Assembly (NCBI GenBank): GCA_951406725.2
Contig: OX597838.1
Span: forward strand, 1,984,001 to 2,048,000
Source of the DNA: Octopus vulgaris
Taxonomy: Eukaryota
Length of the DNA stretch: 64,000 nucleotides
Direction of reading: 5' to 3'
Positions within the stretch are counted from its first letter, which is position 1, and each line of letters starts with the position of its first letter. A model generated the notes under the pieces. The model had not been told where the DNA came from, made no database searches, and saw nothing but the letters and a program-made list of their open reading frames with translations. The position numbers were made by a program, and so were the translations under genes. Below, in pieces: positions 1-13,028 of the stretch.

Positions 1-282
1 AAGTGGAGACGGGTACTCAGAAATATATGTACGTTAATGGTACTGGAGACACCACGAAAAACCGTCTGCGTCACCATATTATGTCATTTTCCAATGCAAA
101 CGAAATGCACTCCACATCATTATCTAGCGTCACCTGGAGGCACAAACAGAGTGGAGTGGAGGGGAGAATACGACCAACTGGTCTATAATAAAAATAAAGT
201 CACACCATACAACAGAACATCGTAGGTGTGCAATTTATACCTAGAGGAAACCCTGGACATTATTACATCCAGAGAAATCATA
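1..282 (+). mobile_element. Penelope-like element, degenerate GIY-YIG endonuclease C-terminal fragment
   Basis: Frameshifted translation KYMYVNGTGDTTKNRLRHHIMSFSN..HSTSLSSVTW..PYNRTS*VCNLYLEETLDII resembles the PLE GIY-YIG consensus (YIG..TFK.R..NH..SF...STxLS..W..PY....CNLCLEEK). Stops and frameshifts are present. Confidence 0.7.
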
Positions 283-800
283 AACTCCGGCATAGGTGAC
301 GAAATTTTCATTAATTTTTTTTTTACCAAATTTAAACATTGCCAGCGAGTATTGAACAAGGAACTTCTTTCACTGAAAATTTTCGGTAAAAAATTGTTTC
401 ATCGAAAGAAATCCGTCCTGGCTTCTGATTCGGCAAAATATATTTAGTGTATTTTTCGTGTTCGACAAGAGATAACTTTATAAAAAGTAATCGTACTATT
501 TTCTAGTCGGACCAACTTTTACGTTCTTCTTTGAAGATTTCGTATCTACGAATATATTCAGAGAATACAATACATTCTTCTGGGTTGAATTTGAATTCTC
601 CAATTGAGTTTGCTCCGATATCTGGCGAGTACGAACCTGAAGTATTATGAGACTTCTTCAAGTCTTATCAGACTTAATTCCAGCAACTGTTGGTCTTGTT
701 GTTGTTGCTGTCGTAGTTGCTGCTGCTGTAGTTGCTGTTGTAACTGCTGTTGCATCCGCACCACGGAGGCCAATAAGTTCTCCATGGTAAATGATTTTTT
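283..800 (-). pseudogene. Ty3/Gypsy (Mag/K02A2.6-like) gag remnant
   Basis: Minus strand reads MENLLASVVRMQQQ... then ANSIGEFKFNPEECIVFSEYIRRYEIFKEERKSWSD*KIVRLL...EHEKYT...KIFSE...ENFVTYAGV, typical of invertebrate Gypsy gag. It is interrupted by stops and frameshifts and lies directly downstream of a PBS. Confidence 0.8.
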
Positions 801-867
801 CTTGGGTTTCTTACCCCCCGCCAAAAAAAGAAAAAACAATCAAACGTCCAAGGCAAGCTTCGAAGAA

Positions 868-877
868 CTCGTCGCCA
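868..877 (-). promoter_or_regulatory. LTR-retrotransposon primer-binding site TGGCGACGAG
   Basis: Plus strand CTCGTCGCCA is TGGCGACGAG on the minus strand, 2 nt inside the LTR end (..CA at 880-881). Confidence 0.7.
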
Positions 878-879
878 CT

Positions 880-1099
880 TGGATATAAAAGCATAAAGTA
901 GCAAAGAAGACAGAAAGTATATCCACGACAAACTACGATTTCTATTACACGAGACACAGCCGTCCACAACAAAGGCTCACAGTGAACTGCTACCAACACC
1001 GACTCTGACGATGCGACAGTTGTTCTTTTAATAGAAATGTCTCAGTCCACTGTTAGTCACATGGGGTGGTCGGAATCCTTCCACAAGTATATATATCCG
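880..1099 (-). mobile_element. 5' LTR (~220 bp) of the Gypsy element
   Basis: Short terminal inverted repeat TGGATATA (880) / TATATCCG (1092-1099, 1 mismatch), adjacent to the PBS and gag. Confidence 0.6.
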
Positions 1100-1225
1100 T
1101 TTAGTGTGGAATATCGGATAAAAATGTTCTCAATACCAAAGCAGAGACAAATTACGATTTATTTTGATGAATCCGTCTTTTACTAATTAAGGTTTCATCT
1201 GTTGAGGCCGAGAAGCCTCAGGCAA
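1100..1225 (+). mobile_element. Penelope-like ORF C-terminus and start of 3' pLTR with decayed hammerhead half
   Basis: ISDKNVLNTKAETNYDLF** resembles the PLE ORF end (..NLLNKRSE). It is followed by CTGTTGA-GGC-CGAGAA-GCC, a mutated CTGANGA plus stem II with no GAAA. Confidence 0.4.
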
Positions 1226-2214
1226 GTCATGACAGGAAGTACATAGAATCTGCACATTTATGTAGGGTTTTGTAGTCATAAGGTTTGATGAAGGGGGGGG
1301 GGTATGATAAAGGGTGGGGAAAGGAGGATAATTGGGGGGAAGAAGGAATAGGAGAAATAAAATGAGGGAAATGGAAGGAGAATAAAAGAAAGAAAATAAA
1401 AAGGAACAAAGAAGGAGGGGAAAAGAGAAAGGATAGTGAAAGCAAGAAAACGAAAAAATAGAAAAATAGAAAAAAAGAAAAGGGAAAGGAAAAAGAAAAG
1501 GGAATTGGTGAAGTGAGGGAGAGATAAAGAAGTAGAAAAAGAAAACAAAAACAAAAAGGGAGAAGGAAGATAATAAAAGGAGAGGGAGAAGAATACAATG
1601 GAAAAATTTCGTAGTAAAAATTCAACAAAAAAAAAAGCAAATGATCAACTTTTAGAAGCAGTGAATGAAAAAATTTAAAAAAATTGAATGATGCAAAATT
1701 GTTATGATTTTTGGTCAATAACTGGCGAAGGATGAGCATGTTCACGTTTTGTGTAGGATTTTCTGTGGGTCCGTTTGTCGTTCTTCGTTGCAAATTTTAG
1801 TCATTATATAATCATGTGACACGTTAAGTGGATAGTTGCAGGGGTGCTAAGATAGTATAAAAGGGTTTCGGAATAAATGAAGATTGAGAGAGGTAGAAAT
1901 ATTGAAATTTACTTGAAAAACATGGTAATTAGAATGAAACGAAGGGAAAAAATACCATTTAGGGTAAAGTTTTGGAGAAATGGTCGAGTTACAAAAATGT
2001 GATAATCATAAATAAAATGAGAAGTAAAAAGAAAATGAATGAAATAACATAACAATGGTGACAAAGTGGAAATAAATGGTAAAAAAGAAAAAAAGAACTG
2101 TAAATACTAATTGGATATGGAATGAAAAATTATAAGACAAAATATTGGGAAAAATAATTAGAAAATATTTATCGAAAATGTAATGTAAAGATAACATGTG
2201 AATATATAGATGTT

Positions 2215-2345
2215 CTTTTCTATTCTATGCACAGGGCCCGAAATTTTGGGGTGAGATCCAATCGATTAGATCGGAATTTGAACTCAGAACGTAGCGGTAG
2301 ACGAAATACCGCAAAGCATTTCGCCAGGTGTGTTAACGTTTCTGT
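2215..2345 (-). mobile_element. MetaSINE-family copy, internally deleted
   Basis: Shares GGAATTTGAACTCAGAACGTA..GACGAAATACCGC.AAGCATTTCGCC.GG with the full copy at 30469-30699. Confidence 0.8.
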
Positions 2346-3575
2346 GAATATAAAGAGTTTATGAATGTTATAAAGGAAATCTGGGTAAATATAAGTGGAA
2401 TAAGTAGATTTAAAAAGGGTCAAAGAAAGAGAGGAATTTAAGGAGAAGAAGCGAAGGGATGAGATTATATAAGGGTACAATTTCAGGTAGGAGCAATGAC
2501 AATAGCAGTATAGACCATTAGAAACGATACAAGCAACCATCAAATATATGAAAAAAGGTGGGGATTGATCCCACGTAGCGCAGATATGAAGCTCCACCCT
2601 GATATGTAAATAACGAAAGCAATGTCACATTTTAAACTTGAGGAAAGTCTTGCACATTTTTACTTTTCCACTCAGAGATTGTATTTGTAATGTGCTAGTT
2701 AGTTTGTTACGCTTGTATACAAATATAATGGACAAATAAACTGAAATAGAACGGTTTATTAATACTATTATCTAGGTCGCTTTTAACTCAGATGTGCAAG
2801 GCCCAGCTTACACGAATTCGTTGGACTTTCGTGTGGAATACTCCAAGTGTTTGTAAGAAACAGAATTGTCCAAATAGCCCTGCCTTTTGCGGAACAGTTG
2901 AGTGTATATGTCTGTGCTTTCGTGCATGTATGCCTGAATGTACATGTATATATTTCTGTATGTATATACACACTGACAGGGCAACCATTTAAAGAATTTT
3001 TTCTTACTAATCTAATCCTTTGAAAAACCTTTTTCACACGACTCTTACATATTTTTTTTTAAAATTGACATATTTCATGTATTTACGTTTCTATCTACCA
3101 TTGAACCATTTTCACATTGCAGGAATCGCGTTGCTCTTCCCACTTAAAACAGTCCCCTTTCAAAGTTCTGCCTACATTTTCAACGATAAATGTGCCCCCT
3201 CAACCTCCTCACACAAACCTTCTTTTTACCCCCTGCCCCCGCTTCTTCACACTCACTGTCTTTTTCGCTTTTCTTCTCTCCCTACTCCCCTCCTCCTCCT
3301 CCTCCTCCTCATTTTTGTTTAAACACAACATTTGTCAAGATTCTTCCATTATGATAAAGCTTGCGATGCCTCTTTTCTTCACTTAATATGGATTCCTTTC
3401 ATGTTTTATTAAGTTATTTTAGAGTTCGAGATATCGACTGTGATAAACGCATAGAGAAGACTGCAGTTGCTTAACACATTATCTGTACAGACACAATCAG
3501 ATCTGACAGACATGCACAGCTTCACAATAACAACGACACACAATGACACAACCTATACACGCATACATGTATATG

Positions 3576-3646
<71 letters not shown>

Positions 3647-3758
3647 TCACACACAAACATAGACAAATGATAGAGATGGAAAATGGAATACAGCAGGAAC
3701 TTTATTGCTCACAAGGAAACATATATATACATACTTATAGATACATATAAATGTATGC

Positions 3759-3814
<56 letters not shown>

Positions 3815-4609
3815 ACATGCATAATACACACACGCATGCGCACTCACATACATGCACATGCATATCAAACGCACACATCCATTCACACCCACGCATACAT
3901 GTGGAATTATAATATCTCGCTTATAGGGCTTCTCCTGTTATTTCTAGTTCTTTTTTTTTTATATTTAAAAATTCTTCTCGTCTTAATTGAGACCGAAACA
4001 TGAAGAATTCAAAAAGGAATTACTTCCACTCCCCCCCCCCCACCCATCACCCTACCTCTTTCGCCTCATCATTCTACAGATATTTCATTGTAGGAAAAAG
4101 TTTTCTAACTTATCCCGTGGCAAGATTTGGTAAATATAGACTTTCGCGTTTCCCAATTTCGGAAGCAATAAACACAGAACTGAATCGTCAAAGAATTGCC
4201 AGTTTAATGTATAAACACTTCCTCCCTCAAACCATTTTCTAGTACCTTCTTGAAGTTTTGCCTAAATACACAGACGTACACACACACATTCACACATAAA
4301 CATACACATACACACACATACACACACAGACGTATAAGTGATCAAATACTCAGATACTTATCTTACACATACAGGTATTTCAAAACACTATATTACAGAT
4401 GCGTAGACACATCATATATGTATACACACGCATACACACACAGAGAGAAACACACACACACACACATATATACGTATCAATGTGTGTTGAGTGTGAGTGT
4501 ATTAGGCAGGGTGGGGAAAAAAAAAGAAAAAAGATATCGAAAAGAACGACCGATGTATCGATCTATCTATCAATATAAATATTGACTGGTGTCTGTGTAT
4601 ATACACACA

Positions 4610-4826
4610 TATATGTGCATATATATACATACAGACATATACGTATATAGATATATAGATAGATGGATAGATAGATAAATAGATATACATATATATTTAC
4701 ATACATACACACATATATATACATACATATATATATATATACATATATACATATATACATATATATATACATATATGCATGTATATACATATATATATAC
4801 ACATATATGTACATATATACATATAA

Positions 4827-4879
<53 letters not shown>

Positions 4880-4905
4880 CATATATATATATATACATAC
4901 ATATA
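4610..4905. repeat. Compound (TA)n/(TACA)n microsatellite
   Basis: Direct inspection. Similar tracts occur at 3582-3636, 7627-7780, 19886-20280, 22310-22730, 34838-34953, 38610-38890, 42617-42670, 43000-43190, 44540-44790 and 60453-60660. Confidence 0.97.
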
Positions 4906-5395
4906 CACGCTGGTAAACATGGGCCCTCCCTACACGTATCTATGCGGAGAGGAAAGAGACATAGAGATAGAGTAATGAATGACTGGTAAAATCTCCAGGG
5001 TATGTCTACTCTGTGAATACTTAATAGAGAAGTCTTCGCTATCATATCTGAGCCAAGTAGTTTTAATTATGATTATAGCGTTAGTGATGGGAACAATCAT
5101 TATATGTTGGGCTAATTAGAGTGAAAACAGGCAAAGGCAGATCAGATCGAAATTTTAAATATTTAATGTTCATTAAATAATGGATTCAGTGGGGTGTAGT
5201 TATCGTATTTACCTATAAGGTGTCTGCTGTAGATGTTCCGGCCTTATGATTTATCATCAGTGAAGCCTACTCTAACTGCAGATCTTAGCAGGACTAGGAA
5301 AACATACGGTTTCTTGAATGAAAACTATCATAATATGTGTGTGTGTGTGTGTGTATTTATATATGATAATGTACAGCTATCATGACCTCATCGGG

Positions 5396-5540
<145 letters not shown>

Positions 5541-5589
5541 TATTCACGAGGTCTGAGGGAAACGTATCGATCAAGAAGTATGAAGACTG

Positions 5590-6000
5590 GTGCTATAAAT
5601 GGAAGCATTCCTTCCGGAACTCCTTTTTAAAGAAAGCGAGGGCCTGCGTCGTTGTATTCCCTTGGATTTTCTCGACCTCTTTAAATCTTCTCGGAGTCTT
5701 CTCCTCCGAAGGCAGCTTTGATTTCAGGGTCACAATCTTAGACGTACGATTCATCATTTGTTGATACTGTTTTCGAAAATGTTTCTTCTTCCTCGACACA
5801 TTCAAGGAAATCCTGAGCAGCGGAAATCCGATCTTCTTTTAGTGACGACCACACTCGACACACTTTATTTGCAAGAGACGATCACTTAGTTGTGAGCGCT
5901 CATGCACTGGGACATAAACAACTAGATTTAAGAAGGGTCACATCCGTATTTTCAATCAACTATGCCTAAAAATAAACATTAATATTAAAAGTAAGATAGC
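5590..6000 (-). mobile_element. Possible Penelope-like ORF N-terminal remnant
   Basis: Minus strand gives ..ENTDVTLLKSSCL.. and a K/R-rich helical segment (ORF 5593-5805) reminiscent of PLE RT N-termini. The resemblance is weak and the sequence is heavily decayed. Confidence 0.3.
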
Positions 6001-6599
6001 TGAATCCTCAAACGTTGCCCTTACATTTTGCAGCAATACTGAAAAACCTTACAAAAATACATAATCCTCAAGTCAAACGTCCACTCATATTACACAAACC
6101 TCTAATCGATATCGATGACACATTTAAAGCCTCTTTTCGCCCGTTTCTTATTTTAATACCGCTTTATAAAACAGTTGCCTCAAAAATACATCTAGCTATC
6201 TACTTAAATCCTGCCCCATACCCAGTTCTAAGTACCGACCCATAATCCGAACTGATGCACAGCCCCTACACCTAAAAAGTAAAAACCTAAAATATCTAAA
6301 ACTCCTTAAAAGCAGTATTTAAGCCCTTTACCGGACAACATCTTTTAAGTTGGACTCTTTAAAATTTCCTTCACCCGTTTCACGTCGCGTTGTTAAAACT
6401 TTAATAATTTATTCGAATTATTTATTGAGCACTTACGTTAGAAATGCCTCGTCTTTGGATGACTTTTGATGTAAACTGCATGTGTTTCAGTAATATAATT
6501 TGTATATCGCGTATCTACGCAATTTATATGATATCGTAGATAGCATATATTTCACAATTTGTATATATTATAAGGTCATCTATAAAATGTATAGTATAT

Positions 6600-6900
6600 T
6601 TACTGTAGTACATATTACCTTACTTGTTCATAGTGCAATACGAAACATCTAATTTAGAAATATGCGTTGTGGAAGAGATAATGTTTGTTCGATGGCGAAG
6701 ATGAAATTAAATGATTTGAAAAAAGTTACGGGAGAGAATCCGTGAGGTGCTTCTCTCTTATGTCCTAAAACTTTTAAACCATTGTCATCGAAATAGATCT
6801 CAGACGAGACTCTATCAAGAATTATTCTAAGCAATCACCCCTCGCATCTTATTTAAACATAGGGGTCGTAAATAGGGGTAAAGTTTGGGATCTTCTCATT
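6600..6900 (-). mobile_element. Possible Penelope-like GIY-YIG remnant
   Basis: ORF 6649-6834 segment EAPHGFSPVTFFKSFNFIFAIEQ resembles the PLE motif EHxGxSxxTG...FSAIxEH. Confidence 0.35.
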
Positions 6901-7565
6901 GTTATCTTTGTTCTTTCTCCTTGTTGATTGTAAAAGAGAAAAGGAAATTATTAATAAACAGTGGTACCCGTAATATACTGGACTGAAATTAGTTGAATAT
7001 GTTATGCACCACACCACCACCACCACCGAAACAACAGCATCAGCACCATCACTATAGACGCCATCACTATTGGGCATTATGACCATATCGGTGACCACTA
7101 CGACCACCACATGCATCTCACTACCATCACCGCCACCACCAGCACCGCCATCAAAACCACCACCATCACCACCATCACTATCACCACTACCGCCACCAGA
7201 ACCTCCTCGTCACCACCGCCAGTACAATTGACATCACCACCTTCGTTACTCTACCCACACAAATTCAACCAACTCTAACGGCAGCATCTTCATCATCAGC
7301 AGCAGAAGTAGCACTAACAACACCTTAATGAAGGCCGCAGCAGCAGCAGCAGCAGTCCGACCACCACCACCACCACCACCTCCTTCTTTTATATAATTGA
7401 CCTCCTGTCTGTCCAAGAAGCAATCATTAACCATTGTTAAGAGTTGCAATAGATTTTGTCAGTTCCAAGTTGACCATTGTTGAAGTTCCAGTGGAGAATT
7501 GACCAAAGCAAAACAATAAGGGAAACAGCGGGAGACTTTGGTATTAAATTGCTGGCAATCTACTC

Positions 7566-7608
<43 letters not shown>

Positions 7609-7624
7609 ACACACCGATGCTCAC

Positions 7625-7683
<59 letters not shown>

Positions 7684-7741
7684 TACATACATATATATAT
7701 ATATACATATACATATATATATATAAACATTTATGTATGCG

Positions 7742-7786
<45 letters not shown>

Positions 7787-7984
7787 ACATACGCATACAT
7801 ACATGTGTATAAAATAAAGACACACACACACACACCACCACCAAACCAATAATTCTGTCATAACATTGCAAAATATCCTTTGAGACAGAATGTAAAATTG
7901 AATGAAATAGATTTGAAAATTATACTCTCCCCCCTTCTCTCTCTTTATTTACGAAGACATAAAAATACACATCTACCATAAACA

Positions 7985-8160
7985 TTGATTTCAAATTTTG
8001 TAACAAGGCCAGCAATTTAGAGAGAGGCGTAAGTCGATTACATCAAGCACAGCGTCCCATTGGTACCCGAAAAGATATAAGATAAAGTGGACCCCGGTGG
8101 AAATTGAACTCAAAACATAAAGGTGGATGATCTGGTGCGCTACCTGTACTGCCAACTGAC
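7985..8160 (-). mobile_element. Degenerate MetaSINE-family copy
   Basis: TAAGTCGATTACATC..GTACC..AAAGT.GACC.CGG.GGAA.TTGAACTCA matches the 30469 family. Confidence 0.7.
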
Positions 8161-10138
8161 TGACTGATTACCATAATGAATATTTATAAACGATACGATA
8201 TGAATTGTAAGAGGCTGATAAATTCACTTTAAAATTGATAAGTAATGCTGAATGATGGGAAATATTATACAATAAAAGTATATTATATCAATAATATTTA
8301 ATGCTGTTGTATAAGGATAAATAGTTCTAAATATTTATATTTGAATTATAAATAACATTTTGTAATGAATTAAAATAAGAAATTAAATATAATTTGAAAT
8401 AATGGTTTTTAATTTAGGTACACAGTCAGCGATTTTTGAGTTTGGGGTGGTTTAGTCGATTAAATCGACTTTACAAATAGAATAACACTTTATTTTGTTT
8501 TTCATGATACACTAAAAATATATTCGACTACATAACTAGACCCCTCATCACACAAATGACCCCCAATAAAGCTCTAACAAAACCGTTGACTTATCCTGGT
8601 TTCTGTATTTCGTCTACAACTCAAGCTTATAATATATCTTATCTCTTTGACCTACTCATGCATTGCTGTTTGCTACGTCGAAATGTTCACAGATAAATTT
8701 AGGTCCCTTTCTGTAGATTACTTGATAGTGTCTGGTGTATTTTCATCAGGATGAGTTCCTGGCTTTTCCTTGGCAAGAACACAAGAGTATAGTCGTGGCC
8801 AAAAATGGGGAATATCATTTTAAAAATCAAAATTTTTACGTCCAAGTACAATTCAATTCAAATATATACAACTTATATATTTGAACATTTAATATAGAAA
8901 TTCTGATTTTCAGACCTATGTTCCAAAATTTGGCTCACGTTAGTAATTCAATGAGTTTTCAAATGGCTCTTTTATAGGGAACCAAGAAACATTTTGGGTA
9001 TGGTCTCTAAGATTTACTGCCTTTATGCTTTCCAATTTCTTCTGGTCGAGTTATTTCAAGTGAAAAAGTTCTACCAATAGAACTTCACTGATACACAGGA
9101 TTGCCAATTCTTATCATTGAGGAATTTGCTAATATGATTGCTGATTTATAACTCAAAACTCGCTAATGCTTTCCCAAAAGGTTACCAGAACGATTTAGCT
9201 AAAGAAGGAACACAATTAGAATATTGGATTTGAATAAACAAAGTTTCGATAATCTTATTTTATTTAAAGGATATTTAAAATACTTATAGGAATATATAAA
9301 AGTCGTAATTTCTCTTGCCACTTATTGTTTAAACTATTTCTCTCTCTCTCACACACACACATACACACACACAGACACACACACCTTTGGTTATTTGTGT
9401 GTGTGCAGTTAAAATTAATGAAACATTACTATCTTTTGACATGTATTTTTACTTCTTTTAGTCTTTGACTACGGCCATGCTGTTGCACCAGCTTGAAGAA
9501 TTGTTTTCTGTCAAGCGAATTGATCCCGGTACTATTTATTAAAAGCGCCGTTTATGTTACAGGGACGTAAACACCGGTTGTCAGAGACTGATGGGGGACA
9601 AATACACACACTCACACTTACGCACACACTCGTACACGCACGTGCAAGCACACACACACTCACACGCATGCACACACAGACACACATATACACACACAAG
9701 CACCCCTACGCACTTAACCACAAACTCACATATACATTCACACTTGCTGTAAGACCCTGGGCTTAAACAGCCGGTTGTTAGTGAGGAACGAACACGGGAA
9801 CGGCTCAACTGCTTGTCACCATCATACCAATTGTGCTCAATCTTGCTCTCCCTGTATTGAGAGAAAGAGTAGGAAGTCTTTCAGCGACGATAATGGAGGA
9901 AAGTTTACTTGTGAAGAATGCAACAGGTAACCGGGCGCCAATTTCAACAATTTGCATATCAGCACCTTCACTGACAGAGTGTATTAATTAATAATTGAAA
10001 GAGTGAGGCAACGGTGTGTAGAATAACTGTCAGTCGATTTACATAGGTTTAATAAACATACCTCCTTTCTGGTTGGACATGAACCTGAAGAAAACTGGCG
10101 CCTGTTACTCGTCGCATTCTTCGTGCAAACCATATATA

Positions 10139-10680
10139 CAGGCGTTGGACAAAACAATTGGAACATCTTGTTAAATCGAACGTTTATTAACACGAAATTG
10201 ATTTACTTTTGGTATCAATCAAAGCTCTCTAATATGTCGAGGTGTTGTTGTCTTCTGCAGGTTGTGAACGGATGTGAGGAGTTTATGAGGCATTTTTCAA
10301 GTAAAACTCTTTCAATGACGATGCAGAAGGAAAGCGGCTCTTCACGTGCTGTTTCAAAACGCAGCATAAAGGTTCGATTGTATTGAGACCCAGATAATCT
10401 GGGTTCAATCCATGCAGTTTATTTCTTTTTTGTGTCCTTCGTTTCAAACCTGAATATAATTAGCCGTGCGAGTCGGCGCATGCTCGTCCTGGAAGATTGT
10501 TCTACCATCAGGGAACAATGTTTCTATCACAGCATGCAGGATGTACTTGATCAGCCAAAAGACTCTACTAATCCTTCGCATAAACCCTGCTATGGGGAAC
10601 AACTAAAGGGCCAAGAGCATTCCACAGTAGGATAGTCCGAGTGAAGTTTTATCCACTCCGAGTACAACTGCAAAAAACGA
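10139..10680 (-). mobile_element. Tc1-family DNA transposon 3' remnant (DDE domain and right TIR)
   Basis: TA|CAGGCGTTGGACAAAACAATTGGAACA is a Tc1-like terminus. The minus strand encodes, with frameshifts, GPLVV..LADQVHP..TLFPDGRTIFQDEHAPTRTA..GLNTIEPL..LKQHVKSRFP, matching the FQxDNAPxH / PDLNPIE motifs. Confidence 0.85.
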
Positions 10681-10997
10681 TGTATACAGAGATGTATATT
10701 TCTAACACAGACGTACATGTTTAATAAATAATTCATACATAGACCCAGGCTTGAAATAGTTTTGTGGGTCGTGGGTTCAATGCTCCTGTGTGGTGCCTTG
10801 GGAAAGTGTCTTCTACTTTAGACCCGGGAGGACCAAAGCCCTGTGAGAGGATGTGGTAGATGGAAACCTGTTTCAGTCTTTCGCTGAGGCCATGCCGGGG
10901 CACCGCCTCGAAGATGTTTTAGTCAGACTGAACTCAGAACCATGTGGTTGGGAGGCCAGTTTATTACCACATAACCACGTCAGTGCTAACATGTATG

Positions 10998-11050
<53 letters not shown>

Positions 11051-11794
11051 CATATACATATACATAGGTATATATGTGTATGTATATATATATATATATA
11101 TATAAATATATATATGTGTGTGTCTGTCTGTGTGTTTGTGTGATCGGCTTAAAAAATTGTTAAGACACTCGGATATTTTCCTACTCTTCTTGACATGAAA
11201 CCAATGGTAGCCTTACTTCACAATTAAAGCAACTATGTATCCACCTACACAGTGTTGAGCACTCCTTTCAGCGTTCGACATTTGCATACATACATACATA
11301 CATACACACACGCACACACATGGATATGCATGTATGTATTTGAAACTATACAAGCTCACACATCCATATATATATAAACATGCATTGATCTCTTGTGTTT
11401 GTATTTGTAATTAACGCGCAGCATCATTCCATCCCAACCGCCATCAATCCACGCCATTTTCATCGGCATCCGACAATATTTTCTCCCACCCGATTCCCAC
11501 CCACATGTCTCTCAACTGTCACCAAGACATCATTAACCAGAATCCATTTCTGCATCACTAATTAAATCGATATTTCTTTAATCAGATTGATGAAGAATAA
11601 CCAATACAATAATAATAATAATAATAACAACAACAAAACCAAGATTTACAAAGGAAAGAAGAAATCTCAGCGATAACAGCAGCACGACAGCACTACGACA
11701 AGAACAAGAAGAAGAAGAACATCGACAAAGATAATTCCTGAAAAATATAGGAAAATATTGCGACAGCAACAAGGAAACTAAAAGCTGTGAAGAC

Positions 11795-12540
11795 GCCAAG
11801 AAGAAGGAGAAGAAGAAGGAGGAGTAGGAGGAGAAGAAGAGGAAAGAGAAGAAGAAGAAGGAGGAGGAAGAAGGAAAAGAGGAAGAAAGAGAAGAGGAAG
11901 AAGAAGAAGAAGAAGGAGAAGATGAAGAAGAAGAAGAAGGAGAAGAGGAAGAAGGGGAAAGGAAGAAAGAGAAGAGGAAGAAGAAGAAGGAGAAGAGGAA
12001 GAAGGGGAAGAGGAAGAAAGAGAAGAGGAAGAAGGGGAAGGAGAGGAAGAAGGAGAAGAGGAAGAAGGAGAAGAAGAAGAAGGAGAAGAGGAAGAAGGAG
12101 AAGAAGGAGAAGAGGAAGAAGGAGAAGAGGAAGAAGGAGAGAGGAAGAATGAGAAGAGGAAGAATGAGAAGAGGAAGAAGAAGAAGAAGGAGAAGAGGAA
12201 GAAGAAGAGGAAGAAGGAGAAGAGGAAGAATGAGAAGAGGAAGAAGTGGACGAAGAAGAAGAGGAGGAAGAAGAAGAGGAGGAAGAAGAAGGAGAAGAAG
12301 AAAAAGAAGAAGGAGAAGAAGAAGGAGGAGGAGAGGAGAAAATGAAGGAGAAGTAGAATGAGAAGAAGAAGAAGAAGAAGGAGGAGGGGAGGCGAGAAGA
12401 AGAAGATGAAGGAGAAGAAGAAGGAGAAGAAGAAGAAGAAGAAGAAGAGGAAAAGGGAGAAGATGAAGAGGAAGAAGAAGAAGACGAAGAAGGAGAGGAG
12501 AAGAACAGGAGAAGAAGAAGAAGAAGAGGGGAAGAAGAAG
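11795..12540. repeat. ~750-bp polypurine (GAA/GGA) low-complexity array
   Basis: Nearly pure purine on the plus strand. It explains spurious ORFs 11578-12918, 11693-12604 and others. Confidence 0.97.
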
Positions 12541-12988
12541 AGTTGTAGAAGAAGGAGAAAAAGAGTAACAACAACAACAACAACTGCATTTCCAATGATA
12601 ACAAGGAATAACAAAAAAGAAAGAATAGGAAAGAAAGAAATTTAGTGATAAAGAAGGATGTAAACTGATAAATAAAAGAGAATTCCCTGCAAAAAGGTAA
12701 AAGCCTTCAAGAGCGACCCATAAAACGGCGACAACATCATTAACAGCCTCATACAATGGCAGCATCGCCTGCAGCGGCAGAAACAACCGCCGCCGCCGAA
12801 GCCAGAATTTGGCTTTTAGCAATGTCATCGTTAATATCAACAACAAGAACAACAACCATTTGTTGTAATGCCAAACACTTCCATATTTTGTTTTTTTTTT
12901 ATGAGCAATTTTGAACATGGAGGTTTGTATTTTGTCGTCAATCTATTTGTAAAGTGGGTGGTGAGACGGGTAGACACACAGACACCCA

Positions 12989-13025
<37 letters not shown>

Positions 13026-13028
<3 letters not shown>

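Noticed and set aside
5213-5265. Minus-strand CTGATGA...GGAAC hammerhead-like motif
   Set aside because: Stems I and II do not pair and GAAA is mutated; at best a relic.
11578-12918. 446-aa and overlapping long ORFs
   Set aside because: Produced by the stop-free GAA/GGA array; poly-L/S/F/R composition.
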